Shown here one piece after another: positions 55,095-64,000 of a DNA stretch of 64,000 nucleotides. A program made the position numbers and the translations under genes. Every line of letters begins with the position of its first letter. Position 1 is the stretch's first letter. This DNA comes from Naegleria gruberi (Eukaryota): assembly GCA_000004985.1 (NCBI GenBank), contig GG738895.1. One strand, written 5' to 3'. The notes beneath the pieces are model-generated. The model was not told where the DNA came from, searched no databases, and worked only from the letters and a program-made list of their open reading frames with translations.

Positions 55095-57389
55095 ATGTCA
55101 TCATATACAGAGATTATTAGTGGGTTAAGTGTTAGAGCCTCCGGTGTGCATACAAACTTGGATGAAAATGGAATGGTGACTAATAAAGATCCAAAAGAAA
55201 GACTTTTAGAAGTGTGTAAGGATATTATTTCCTACTACAATTCCTACCAAGACAAGACACAAGATTTCTGCCAGAAAATTACAGCCATATTCGAATCGTT
55301 TGTTGCAGACAAGAGGTTTAATTCAATCTTCCTTGAAAAGGATGTTGCAGCTGTTTATTCCGATTGTCTGATCAATCCGAAATATGGTATCAAATTAACA
55401 GGACACGGAGGTATTTGGAAGTTGGTCAATTTTCAACATATTGTTACGAAGGAGACGACAAAACAGTTTGTGGATATTGGTCTATTGGACATGTTCAATC
55501 AACTGAATGCCACAACTGTTGATTGTACCAATACTTCCTACACTACTTCTATCATGAATATTTATCATGTTATCGGAACTCAGAAGGAATATGCTCGATT
55601 GGTTGTTAGACCAGTGATTGCCCTGATACTCAAGCTTGAAAATAGTAGTTATGAAGCTAGAAATTATATGAATTACTTGTTTAATATTGTTGGATGTGAT
55701 AGGGAAAGAATTTTTGAAGAATATGGAAAAGATCTTGAAGAGGTCAATAAGAAATTTGAAAAGAACAAGAATCAAACAATCAAGCAACTTCTCTTTGATT
55801 TATTTGGCACAAAGAATGCAGAATTTGTTTCCCTATTGATTGACTATGCAGGAACTAAGAAGAAATACTCCTTCCCTATTGATAATGAGATTGAAACTAC
55901 TGTTGAAGATGTGACACAATTCATTTTGGAGAAGTGTGTTATGGAGGATGTAGATGTGATTGAGAGTCATGAATTACAAATTTACGATATGGATATTGAG
56001 GACTATGTGGATTTTGATTTTATTGATTCGGATATTTTTGGAAAGGATGGTAATGCTGCCAAGTTCAAGTTGAACGTTACAATTGATTATGATAAAAAGA
56101 GAAAAAAGGAAGAAAAAAGAGAATCCGAGTTGAGAGAATTATCCGAGAAGAGTATATCTAGTATCAACCTTTCAGAAAAGTCGCTGGCAGACTCTGTACC
56201 ATCTTCTCACAAATTCGATAGCAGTATTGCTAGCTCAGGAATTGAAATGTCTAGTATGGAAATGTCCGCTATGAAAGATTCAGGAAATGAAATTTCTGGT
56301 ATTCCAATGTCAGGAATCCAAATGTCTGGTATTGAAATGTCTGGAATTCAAATGTCAGGCGTTGAAATGTCAGGTATTGAAATGTCTGGATTTTCGTCAT
56401 CTCACTCAATCTCAGGTCATAATGGTCCTCTTGAAATGCCATCATTTATTTCTGCTGCTGAAAATGCTCCAAAGGTAGAGCTAACCGAGAATAGTTTATT
56501 AGGTGGCAGCTTTGAGATTCCAGATTCATTCAAAGAACCAGTTGTCACATCTCAAAAGGACAAAAAGACCAAAAAGATTGTTAATGAAACATATCAAATA
56601 TTGGATAAGATTGAATCTAATGAATCAATGATTGATAGAAAGGTTTATATTGCAAAGGATTTGGCCAACAAATCTGGTCCAAATATTGTAATCAAATATT
56701 TACCAATCAAATCAACCACCGAATTCAACAGATGTATGAAGGAAGGAGTAAATATGATTCGTATGGGAAGAACTATTCAACAAAAGAAGATTCCACTCGC
56801 AAACATATTCGATGTCTTTGAAGAAGAAGACAAGGAGAAGAATAAGGCATCCATCAGATTCCTTTGTTTTGCCATGCCTTACTATGGATCTGGAAATTTG
56901 CAAACCTATTTGGAATCAAAGAATCAACCATCCTTGGATTGGAATTTCATCTACTCTCTATTCAAGCAAATTGTTAATGGTTTGGTGTATTTGCATGAAC
57001 AAAATATTGCTCACAAGAATCTCAAACTCTCCAATGTTTTCTTTGTGGATGAGGATAAAATCGTACTGACAGATTATGGACTAAATAGTGACATTTCATC
57101 ACAAGTACCAGAACACAATTCTCTGAGCAATGTGGAAAATATTCCAATTGAGAAATTCCAAAAGGCAGATATCTATCAAGCCGGGTTAATATTTGCCTCC
57201 CTGTGTTTGCTCCTGAATGGTAACACGGTGAGTAATTTGACTACGATTTTGAAGGAAGGAGAAAGCTCATTAAGAAATTCTCTTGGTAAAATCCCAGAAA
57301 AAGCAAAGGACATGGCTGTCAAATTATTGACTCAAGATCCAAATGAAAGACCATCCATTCAGCAAGTTGTCAATTTGTTGGATATCTAG
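55095..57389 (+). CDS. Protein with C-terminal protein-kinase-like domain predicted to be catalytically inactive (HKNLKLSN, DYG), and an internal MSGIxMSG tandem repeat.
   Basis: Real start is the ATG at 55095; the upstream part of track ORF 54927.. overlaps the rhodanese exon. The kinase-like region reads YLHEQNIAHKNLKLSNVFFVDEDKIVLTDYGL, with HRD changed to HKN and DFG to DYG. Confidence 0.6.
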   Translation: MSSYTEIISGLSVRASGVHTNLDENGMVTNKDPKERLLEVCKDIISYYNSYQDKTQDFCQKITAIFESFVADKRFNSIFLEKDVAAVYSDCLINPKYGIKLTGHGGIWKLVNFQHIVTKETTKQFVDIGLLDMFNQLNATTVDCTNTSYTTSIMNIYHVIGTQKEYARLVVRPVIALILKLENSSYEARNYMNYLFNIVGCDRERIFEEYGKDLEEVNKKFEKNKNQTIKQLLFDLFGTKNAEFVSLLIDYAGTKKKYSFPIDNEIETTVEDVTQFILEKCVMEDVDVIESHELQIYDMDIEDYVDFDFIDSDIFGKDGNAAKFKLNVTIDYDKKRKKEEKRESELRELSEKSISSINLSEKSLADSVPSSHKFDSSIASSGIEMSSMEMSAMKDSGNEISGIPMSGIQMSGIEMSGIQMSGVEMSGIEMSGFSSSHSISGHNGPLEMPSFISAAENAPKVELTENSLLGGSFEIPDSFKEPVVTSQKDKKTKKIVNETYQILDKIESNESMIDRKVYIAKDLANKSGPNIVIKYLPIKSTTEFNRCMKEGVNMIRMGRTIQQKKIPLANIFDVFEEEDKEKNKASIRFLCFAMPYYGSGNLQTYLESKNQPSLDWNFIYSLFKQIVNGLVYLHEQNIAHKNLKLSNVFFVDEDKIVLTDYGLNSDISSQVPEHNSLSNVENIPIEKFQKADIYQAGLIFASLCLLLNGNTVSNLTTILKEGESSLRNSLGKIPEKAKDMAVKLLTQDPNERPSIQQVVNLLDI
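56235..56392 (+). repeat. In-frame tandem repeat of ~8 units of 18 nt, encoding (M/I)SG(I/V)(E/Q)MSG.
   Basis: atgtcaggaatccaaatgtctggtattgaaatgtctggaattcaaatgtcaggcgttgaaatgtcaggtattgaaatgtct. Confidence 0.6.
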
Positions 57390-57445
57390 TCAAATCTCTT
57401 TCTTAAATCCATTATAAACATTGGTCAAATTTATTGAGGCAAATT

Positions 57446-58779
57446 CTAATTGTTTTTTATAGAAGAGTAACACTCGGTCGTGTAATATAGTTGATCTATA
57501 GCCTCACTAAATCCTCTTTCTTCAAAGCCTTCCCCTACAATCCAGTGAACATAAGCTCTCTTGCTATACATCTTATCAAATTGTAGAGCAAGGTTATTAA
57601 GATAACTTGTTATTGAACTGGTATTGTTGGCAATGTGCATTACATTTTTAAAATGGAAAGAGGTTGGATGAATATTTACAGGTGCCTTTCTTGATATTTG
57701 ATATTGAGCTTGTTCATTGTTGTAAGTTTTGAGTACTTTCGAAAGAGAATCAGTATGATGATGTGAAAAATCTCCTCTCATTGATGTGTTCATTGCTATG
57801 GAAACTCCATCAGCCTTATTAACACTATTCAAAGAGGATTTTTTTGAAAAGAGATCCTTAATATTGAATTCAGTACTGGATGTATCTTGCAAGTTTACAA
57901 AACTATTAGATATTATATTAGTTTCGGCTGTTACACCCAAATAATCAATGACATTATTTAAACTTCCTTCATTTGAGAATCTAATCTGAGATGTTAATGT
58001 TGAAATACTTTGTGAAATTAAATGATTCATGTCCTTGAAATTAGGATTCTCAATTCCACACTCCACACAAGCATCCAATAGTGAACAATTATCAAATGCA
58101 AATATACATTTCATTCTATCATAAATATAATTCAAGCCAATAACTGAATTGTAAGTATCCAACATTGAAGTAGAATAAGTTGCACCTGGAAAAACAGTAA
58201 AGGTTGACTCGAAACATTATCTCAATATTCAACATGAAACTCTCACAAACCTACCATTGGTAATTTAAATTCATTTGCCAAACCCCAGACAATACGAGAG
58301 GTTGATCCAGATCCAGTTCCTCCACCAAGTGCTTGAGTAATCAATATACTCTCCACTGAATCACATCGTTCCAGCATTTTCCTAACTCTCTCCTCAATAT
58401 AATTAATTTCACAAGATGACATTGAAAAATAGCCTTTACCAAAGTTTGAGGCAGCATCTTCATTACCACATATTATATTTTCCTCCTTAAATTGAACATG
58501 CAATTGATGATCATTATGCAATGAACTTTGTAGTTGTTGGGGATCGGAATCAAAGAATAAACATCGAGGATGATAGACATTCTCCACTCTAATGGATTCA
58601 TCATATAAACATGATAGATTATTAATTTGTGGATCATTGTGGATATTGCTATTTTCTAAAAGTGAATTAGTGTTGTTGTTGTTGGATTGTAATCCGTGTT
58701 CATCGGCAAATAATTGCCAGAGATCAGTGCCGATCTGAGTTCCGCAATTACCAATATGCAAAAATATCAATTCTTTCAT
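57446..58779 (-). CDS. Highly divergent tubulin-family protein. Exons 58251..58779 and 57446..58185; 65-nt intron.
   Basis: N-terminus MKELIFLHIGNCGTQIGTDLWQLFADEHG (compare MREIVHIQAGQCGNQIG). Tubulin signature GGGTGSGSTS. C-terminal KRAYVHWIVGEGFEERGFSEAIDQLYYTTECY (compare [21 protein letters not shown]). No acidic tail. Splice GTTTGT...TTTTCCAG joins in frame. Confidence 0.65.
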
Positions 58780-58920
58780 TTTTTTTTTAAATATTAAATA
58801 TTTTAAATACAATAATTGTAATGTCCTTAATATTTAAAGATGTATTTTGTCAAGTGTTGAAGTTCTCTTGAACTTTGATCTTTAAATAGATTTTGAAAAA
58901 AACAATTTTCAAAAAAAAAA

Positions 58921-59832
58921 ATGATTCAATTCTTGGATCCAAATGTTGTGCAATTTGAAATTTTACCTCATCTCGATGATCGATCCGTTATTTCACTCCT
59001 ATCGACATGTAAAATTGTCAATCAGGTAATTTCTATTCCGGACTATATCGAAACAAAATTGAAAATAATGGATGAAGAAATTTTGAGTCAGAAATTCAAT
59101 GAGTTGGAACAAAGTCCAATCCAAGTGAATAGAATTAATGAAATATTTAGATTAGCATATTTGAATTTTAGAGAAGGAATGTTTCAAACTGAAAAGCAAT
59201 TGTTAGGAACAGTTAAAGTGGATGAGGCACAATGTTATGGAAAATTGAAATCTCAATATACTCTTTTGCAGAGATATGTTTTCAAGAATTCCGACAAATT
59301 ATCACCACACTGTAATAGGAGTGTTTTTTCAGGTTCAACAGGATTTTGGAATTCTCATAGTGTTGATTTTAAAATCTCAAAAGAGAATACTGTATATTAT
59401 TGGTCCATTGTCCTTACAGCATTTGATCGTAAGATATCAAATAGCTGGGCAATACTTGTAGGTTTTGCTGAAGAGGATGCTGCCTCATCATTATCTAAAA
59501 GCTGGATTCCATCTGGATATTGTGTCAAATCAAATGCAATACTTGAAAATAGTTATACATCATACACAGAGAGCCTTGTGAATACGGAAGGAGATGTCAT
59601 TGGAATTGAGTGCTATGTCCAAAACAAAACAGTCTATTTCAATGTTTACTCTCCTTCGAGGAACCATCAGACCTTTCAATTCAAATCTGTGAATAGTAAT
59701 ATAGTACCAATGGTATCTATGGTACACTCTCAATCACTCCAATTACTTTCATTACTTCCGTGGGATGGGCATGTGGAAAGCTTGAAATCCTTTGGAGAAT
59801 GTGCAACAAGGATTTGTACAGCAGAAGAATGA
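58921..59832 (+). CDS. F-box-like + SPRY/B30.2-like domain protein.
   Basis: N-terminus FEILPHLDDRSVISLLSTCKIVNQV. C-terminal SPRY-like WSIVLTAFD...WAILVGFAEE...SGYCVKSN...GDVIGIECYVQNKTVYFNV. Confidence 0.5.
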   Translation: MIQFLDPNVVQFEILPHLDDRSVISLLSTCKIVNQVISIPDYIETKLKIMDEEILSQKFNELEQSPIQVNRINEIFRLAYLNFREGMFQTEKQLLGTVKVDEAQCYGKLKSQYTLLQRYVFKNSDKLSPHCNRSVFSGSTGFWNSHSVDFKISKENTVYYWSIVLTAFDRKISNSWAILVGFAEEDAASSLSKSWIPSGYCVKSNAILENSYTSYTESLVNTEGDVIGIECYVQNKTVYFNVYSPSRNHQTFQFKSVNSNIVPMVSMVHSQSLQLLSLLPWDGHVESLKSFGECATRICTAEE

Positions 59833-59966
59833 TTTTATTGTTTGAAGAATTAAATTTCAAACAATAAATTACTATTCTATTATTGATGGATATCCAATGA
59901 TGATGTTCACTGAATATCAATGTTTTCCAGTATTGAAACCTTGATCTCTTTTTTACAACAAAAAAA

Positions 59967-61454
59967 ATGGGAAATAACAAGAGCAGAAATCCAACTCCCA
60001 TTCCACCACCATCTTTCGAATTAGATTTCCGAACCATCAAGGAAATTAATCAGGAAAAATTTGTGTTGCATCCAGATTTAACATTCGAAATGGCAACAAA
60101 TTATTTGGAAATTGGTGAAATTTTACAATTGGCATTGTCATGTAAATTATTGTACTCGTATTTGTGGTTTGATCAGGAAAAATTGTGGAACGCAGTGGCA
60201 AGGAGAGATGGCTTTACGATTCGACAGCACGAATGTAAACAACTTTATCGTACGTTGAGGAAGAAGGAGATTAGTTTATTGGAAAATCCAAAATTTAGTT
60301 TGGTTTCTCTCTTTTGGAAACCAGAATTTGTTGCTGAATTTGGGAATATTGAATTGAATCAATTAATTTACATATTAAGAAATCCACATTTTCACATAAT
60401 GGTTAAAGCCAATTTGATTGAATTTTCATTGAAACAATTCATCACTAGTGAGAATTACAAAAAATTGAAGAATCTTTTATATTCAATGTGTAGGATTGAA
60501 AATGGAACAAACATTATATTACCAGATGGTTATTTAGAGAGACCTCCATCTAAAATAACTCTCCTTTCATTATTATGTAAACATTTATTCGAAATACCAG
60601 GTGCTGATGATATTATTATAAGATTTGCACCTTTTGGATTGGTATCTGAGGAAGTGAACAAGTATTCCTCTGTCTTTACATTTGAAAAGAGAATCATTTT
60701 AATATTATTAGAAAAGTGCAAAAGAAAGGAACCTAATTTGGATCAATACTTTACAATATTCACTCAAATATTCGAGAAGAAATTACATTTACTGGAAAAT
60801 TTCTATCAATTCAAAGACTTATTGGACTCATTTCAAACACTGGACATTGAAAAAATTACTCCTACCTTAATCCATTTACTTTCCAGTAATGAGAAATTAT
60901 TTCCAGGAGCTACCTTGCTTGATCTACATGTTTATCATCCAAAAATTGTTGCAGAAATATCAAAGCTGTCTCATTTACCTTGCAATCACTCAATGAACTA
61001 CATTCTAAAGTATTTAGATAACAGTACATTTTCATCTCAAGAACAACTTGCTATACCTCTTGATTCTCTTTTTCAAATATGGGGAAAATATGGTAAAATG
61101 ATTTCTCAATATTATCTAAGAAGGATTTGTGAATTGGATTTTGAAAGAACTGTGAATCAAATATTGGAATGTGAGCCCGTGTCTTTCTGTTCTTTTGACT
61201 GGGATAATCAGCGTTACCAATTTCAGTATTTGTTTTTCTTGAAACAACTGGAAAACCATGTCAAGACTCTTGATTCTTCTGAATATGGATTATTCTTTCA
61301 GAAACTGAAAAAGGTATCAGAAACCATCCATCAGAACAGCAAAGGAGAGGGATACACGAAAATACTGAATTCTATTCTCTTTGAGATTGAGCGGTTTGCA
61401 TCCCAGTATCCATTCAGTAACTCTTTGAAAAAAGCAATTGAACGAGATTTTTAA
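59967..61454 (+). CDS. Hypothetical protein with N-myristoylation-type start (MGNNKS) and F-box-like segment.
   Basis: 495-aa ORF. MATNYLEIGEILQLALSCKLLYSYLWFDQEKLWN resembles an F-box. Confidence 0.4.
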   Translation: MGNNKSRNPTPIPPPSFELDFRTIKEINQEKFVLHPDLTFEMATNYLEIGEILQLALSCKLLYSYLWFDQEKLWNAVARRDGFTIRQHECKQLYRTLRKKEISLLENPKFSLVSLFWKPEFVAEFGNIELNQLIYILRNPHFHIMVKANLIEFSLKQFITSENYKKLKNLLYSMCRIENGTNIILPDGYLERPPSKITLLSLLCKHLFEIPGADDIIIRFAPFGLVSEEVNKYSSVFTFEKRIILILLEKCKRKEPNLDQYFTIFTQIFEKKLHLLENFYQFKDLLDSFQTLDIEKITPTLIHLLSSNEKLFPGATLLDLHVYHPKIVAEISKLSHLPCNHSMNYILKYLDNSTFSSQEQLAIPLDSLFQIWGKYGKMISQYYLRRICELDFERTVNQILECEPVSFCSFDWDNQRYQFQYLFFLKQLENHVKTLDSSEYGLFFQKLKKVSETIHQNSKGEGYTKILNSILFEIERFASQYPFSNSLKKAIERDF

Positions 61455-61593
61455 AACAAATGAAAGTCAACTAGTTGCCTCATCACAACATGATGTTTAG
61501 AAGAGAATCAAAGATAGCCACCTTTTTGAATTGAGGGTTTTATTTCAAGTCGATGGATGGGAAGTGTACCAACATACCACATTTAATGAGCTA

Positions 61594-62393
61594 CTATTTA
61601 ACAGTGAACACATCTCCTTCAACGGCAGCCCCAGGCAATGTAAGAACAATTCCTTGAAAATGAATAGCAAGTATAAATTCATTGACACATTCATCAGAAT
61701 TAATCATTTCTTCAGTTAATCCCATGAATTTCATAACTTGTTGAATTGATTTCCTTGCAGAAAAATTGTCGTTTCTACGAAAATCAATAAAAATACTATT
61801 ATTAAGCAATGGTACACTATTTTGGTAAACTGATAATACCCTTGTTAATCCTCCATTTCCATTACGTCCTCCAAAAGAAGAAAATCTCAATATTAAATCC
61901 ATTTGCTTAATTGTGTTTAAAATTTCTCCATTTACAGATGTAACAATAAGGTCATTATGTAGACTAATTTGCAAATCAGATGATGAAAATGATATAAAAC
62001 TTTTAACGAATATAAAAGGAGTTATGAGAGAAATCATTTTTCCAACCAATTCATTATTCGATTCGTTTAGAATAGCTGGTTGTTTAGTCACTACATTGTT
62101 CACAATTGCTTGTAAAAAACCGAAAATCTCAAACAAGTCAACATTAGTGCTACATTCGTCCAAGAAGAATACGAAACATTTGTTTTCTCGCAGCTGAATA
62201 TTCCTCTAACTTTCATCCCTTCCAATAACTCAGTTTCCAAACGATGACGCCAGAAATCAACAGCTCCAATCAAAGTTTCATTCCAATTCCTAATTCACAC
62301 AAGTCGGAGAACAAGTACAGACATTGGTGATGGATGAAACAAGTGTGAAATTATTTCATTGATGAAAATATCTGCTGGCATGAGTGATGACAT
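61594..62393 (-). CDS. Hypothetical F-box-like protein, probably two exons (exon 1 ~62300..62393, exon 2 61594..~62190); intron boundaries not resolved.
   Basis: The minus-strand ATG at 62393 encodes MSSLMPADIFINEIISHLFHPSPM (F-box-like), then hits an in-frame stop. The downstream 189-aa ORF 61594..62163 stays open upstream to ~62190 and has no ATG, implying a spliced first exon. Confidence 0.35.
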
Positions 62394-62503
62394 TTTTTTT
62401 AGACGAATGTTTATTGTAATGAAAACTAATCTGTACTGGAAAGTAAATCATAAACATTCTGTTGTCTGTCACAGCTTAGCGAGAGACTTTCTTATTTACC
62501 ATT

Positions 62504-63664
62504 TTAATTAAATATCAAATAATTGTTCAAACTATTAAAAAGTTCTGTATCCGAAGGTTTTGAATTCATTTCTCTAATTAATTTCTTCCAATCTTTACAT
62601 TTAATTTCTTCTGGTTGGTTATTTTTTGTAATTGTCTTGAATTGTTGAACCATTACTTGACCTGCCTTTTCTAGTAAGTTGATTTCTACATTTGGAAGAA
62701 ATTGAACTATAAATGGATTTTTTTCAACTAATTTCTCAATCAATTGTGGATCTTTTGAAAATTTTTCATCAACTATTTTCAAACATTTTGCATCCTTCGC
62801 CACCAATTCCATTTCAAATTCATCCAAATTTGGAATTTCTGAAATAATTACTGATTTGTAAAATCTATAATTCATTCCATTCAAAGAAATTGCTTTCATT
62901 AAAAAATCTCTATTTCCTACAAATTTGGAAGGTATATCATTAATGATATAATCATCCACTTCGACTGCTTTTAATACAACTTGTTCATCATTTTCCCATG
63001 GTTCAATATCTCCAATCCAATATATTGGAAGTCCATATTCGAAACTCTTAATGAGTAAATCCTTATTTTGGAGTTTCCAATCTAGACCTTGATGGGTTGG
63101 GTCAATTTCGATTTGTTTGGAGATGAATTCTCTTGAATTAAGTAGTGATTCGTCAACTCCTGAGAGGACTATTCCAGATTTCATGGCTTGGAGAACAAAA
63201 TCCACATTCGAAAGTAAACTATTGTTTTCTCTAGCCATTTCAGCATAATCCACAACTATATCCGTTTGAAAAACTGTATTCAGCAGTCTCTCCTCAGCAA
63301 TTTCATAAACAAGCTTTCTTTCTTCTTCAGTTAATTGTACTAACTTTCCAATAGCTTCAAAAACTAAACTACCTAATCTATTTCTCATATCCAGAGTCAT
63401 TTCCTTCCAAGCATGTTTCCAAAAATCTTGTCTTTTCAACACTGAGAAGGGAAGATCAAAAAGTAAATTCAATACTAATAAATGGCCATTATTAAATAGT
63501 CTGAAAATCCAATACGAATCTTGTGTGAAAAGTTTTATTAGAAATGGAGCGAACGGAAGAAGTTTTGATAATTGGTGCAAGTGATGATTGCTTTCGTATT
63601 GGTGCGATAGCAAGGCAAGGTCTTGAGATAAATCAAATAATTGGAACGAAACTTGTTCAGACAT
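62504..63664 (-). CDS. DUF4116-repeat protein (hypothetical).
   Basis: Repeated ~30-aa units of the form (D/N)xxhhhKAVxxNGxxhxFhP: DEQVVLKAVEVDDYIINDIP, NRDFLMKAISLNGMNYRFY, DPQLIEKLVEKNPFIVQFLP. Confidence 0.45.
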   Translation of the reverse strand: MSEQVSFQLFDLSQDLALLSHQYESNHHLHQLSKLLPFAPFLIKLFTQDSYWIFRLFNNGHLLVLNLLFDLPFSVLKRQDFWKHAWKEMTLDMRNRLGSLVFEAIGKLVQLTEEERKLVYEIAEERLLNTVFQTDIVVDYAEMARENNSLLSNVDFVLQAMKSGIVLSGVDESLLNSREFISKQIEIDPTHQGLDWKLQNKDLLIKSFEYGLPIYWIGDIEPWENDEQVVLKAVEVDDYIINDIPSKFVGNRDFLMKAISLNGMNYRFYKSVIISEIPNLDEFEMELVAKDAKCLKIVDEKFSKDPQLIEKLVEKNPFIVQFLPNVEINLLEKAGQVMVQQFKTITKNNQPEEIKCKDWKKLIREMNSKPSDTELFNSLNNYLIFN

Positions 63665-63800
63665 TTTTTTTCATTATAATGATAGTTTCCAATAAGTGAA
63701 GCTTCATTATCTACAAGTAACCTCCATTAATCAACTATTTGAAATCTCAATCGAGGTTGCATTCTGTCTATTCAAAAAATTTAGTTAATTGCCCAAAAGA

Positions 63801-63874
63801 TGCCTCCCTTGGGAATCGAACCCAAGACCTCTGTCTTACTAGGACAGCGCTACTGCCAACTGAGCTAGGAAGGC
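63801..63874 (-). tRNA. tRNA-Thr (anticodon AGU).
   Basis: Minus-strand read GCCTTCCTAGCTCAGTTGGCAGTAGCGCTGTCCTAGTAAGACAGAGGTCTTGGGTTCGATTCCCAAGGGAGGCA. Anticodon stem CTGTC/GACAG with loop CTAGTAA, canonical T loop TTCGATT, and 7-bp acceptor including a U5:G68 wobble. Confidence 0.88.
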
Positions 63875-64000
63875 TGACATTGAATTGAAATATTTGAGAT
63901 ATTAAGCCTATTAAAGTACAAATTTCTGTCAACACGCTTATTTTTTTGTTTATGAATAGATTTCTACTCATATGCTTATCTTTTGCACATATTAAGTTTT

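Noticed and set aside
1-64000. Mobile elements (tRNA-targeted retroelements, DNA transposons).
   Set aside because: No reverse-transcriptase, integrase or transposase-like ORFs or long terminal or inverted repeats were seen near the tRNA, 5S or tRNA-like loci. The only repeats are short direct repeats and microsatellites.

Overview
AT-rich, gene-dense eukaryotic nuclear DNA. Poly-N/Q/S tracts, TAA stops, GTAAGT...AG introns and a DUSE-like ncRNA promoter motif point to a dictyostelid-like amoebozoan; the exact species cannot be determined from sequence alone. About 40 protein-coding genes sit on both strands, most with 0-2 introns. Many introns are very short (39-47 nt) alongside ordinary 60-195 nt ones. 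The ORF track uses alternative start codons (GTG/TTG shown as M), so several 5' ends were re-placed on the first ATG or on splice-consistent exons.

Protein-coding genes recognised by motif:
- DEP/DUF547 protein (partial), importin-alpha-like, CDK-family kinase, ARF-like GTPase, GT8 glycosyltransferase, aminoacylase-1 (M20), small HSP, VOC/glyoxalase-family protein.
- Mpo1/DUF962 protein, Enhancer-of-polycomb-like protein, Zn-alcohol dehydrogenase, SDR, SLC6 transporter, rhodanese/MST, a kinase-like pseudokinase, a highly divergent tubulin, several F-box-like proteins, a DUF4116-repeat protein.
- Two paralogous single-pass receptors (signal peptide, NHL-like propeller, tenascin-type EGF repeats, GPS/GAIN-like motif, TM) and two paralogous 7TM proteins with Cys-rich ectodomains.

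RNA genes: tRNA-Ala(UGC), tRNA-Thr(AGU) and a chromosomal 5S rRNA, all on the minus strand.

Most notable feature: a cluster of four tandemly arranged, divergent tRNA-like Pol III genes at 16676-19300. Each has a conserved acceptor stem, D-arm and T-arm, an initiator-tRNA-type T loop (AUCGAAA), an oversized covarying anticodon stem-loop, a conserved AAACCAAAAA element about 70 nt upstream and a T-run terminator. They do not fit the canonical tRNA cloverleaf, and I do not recognise them as any ncRNA family I know of.
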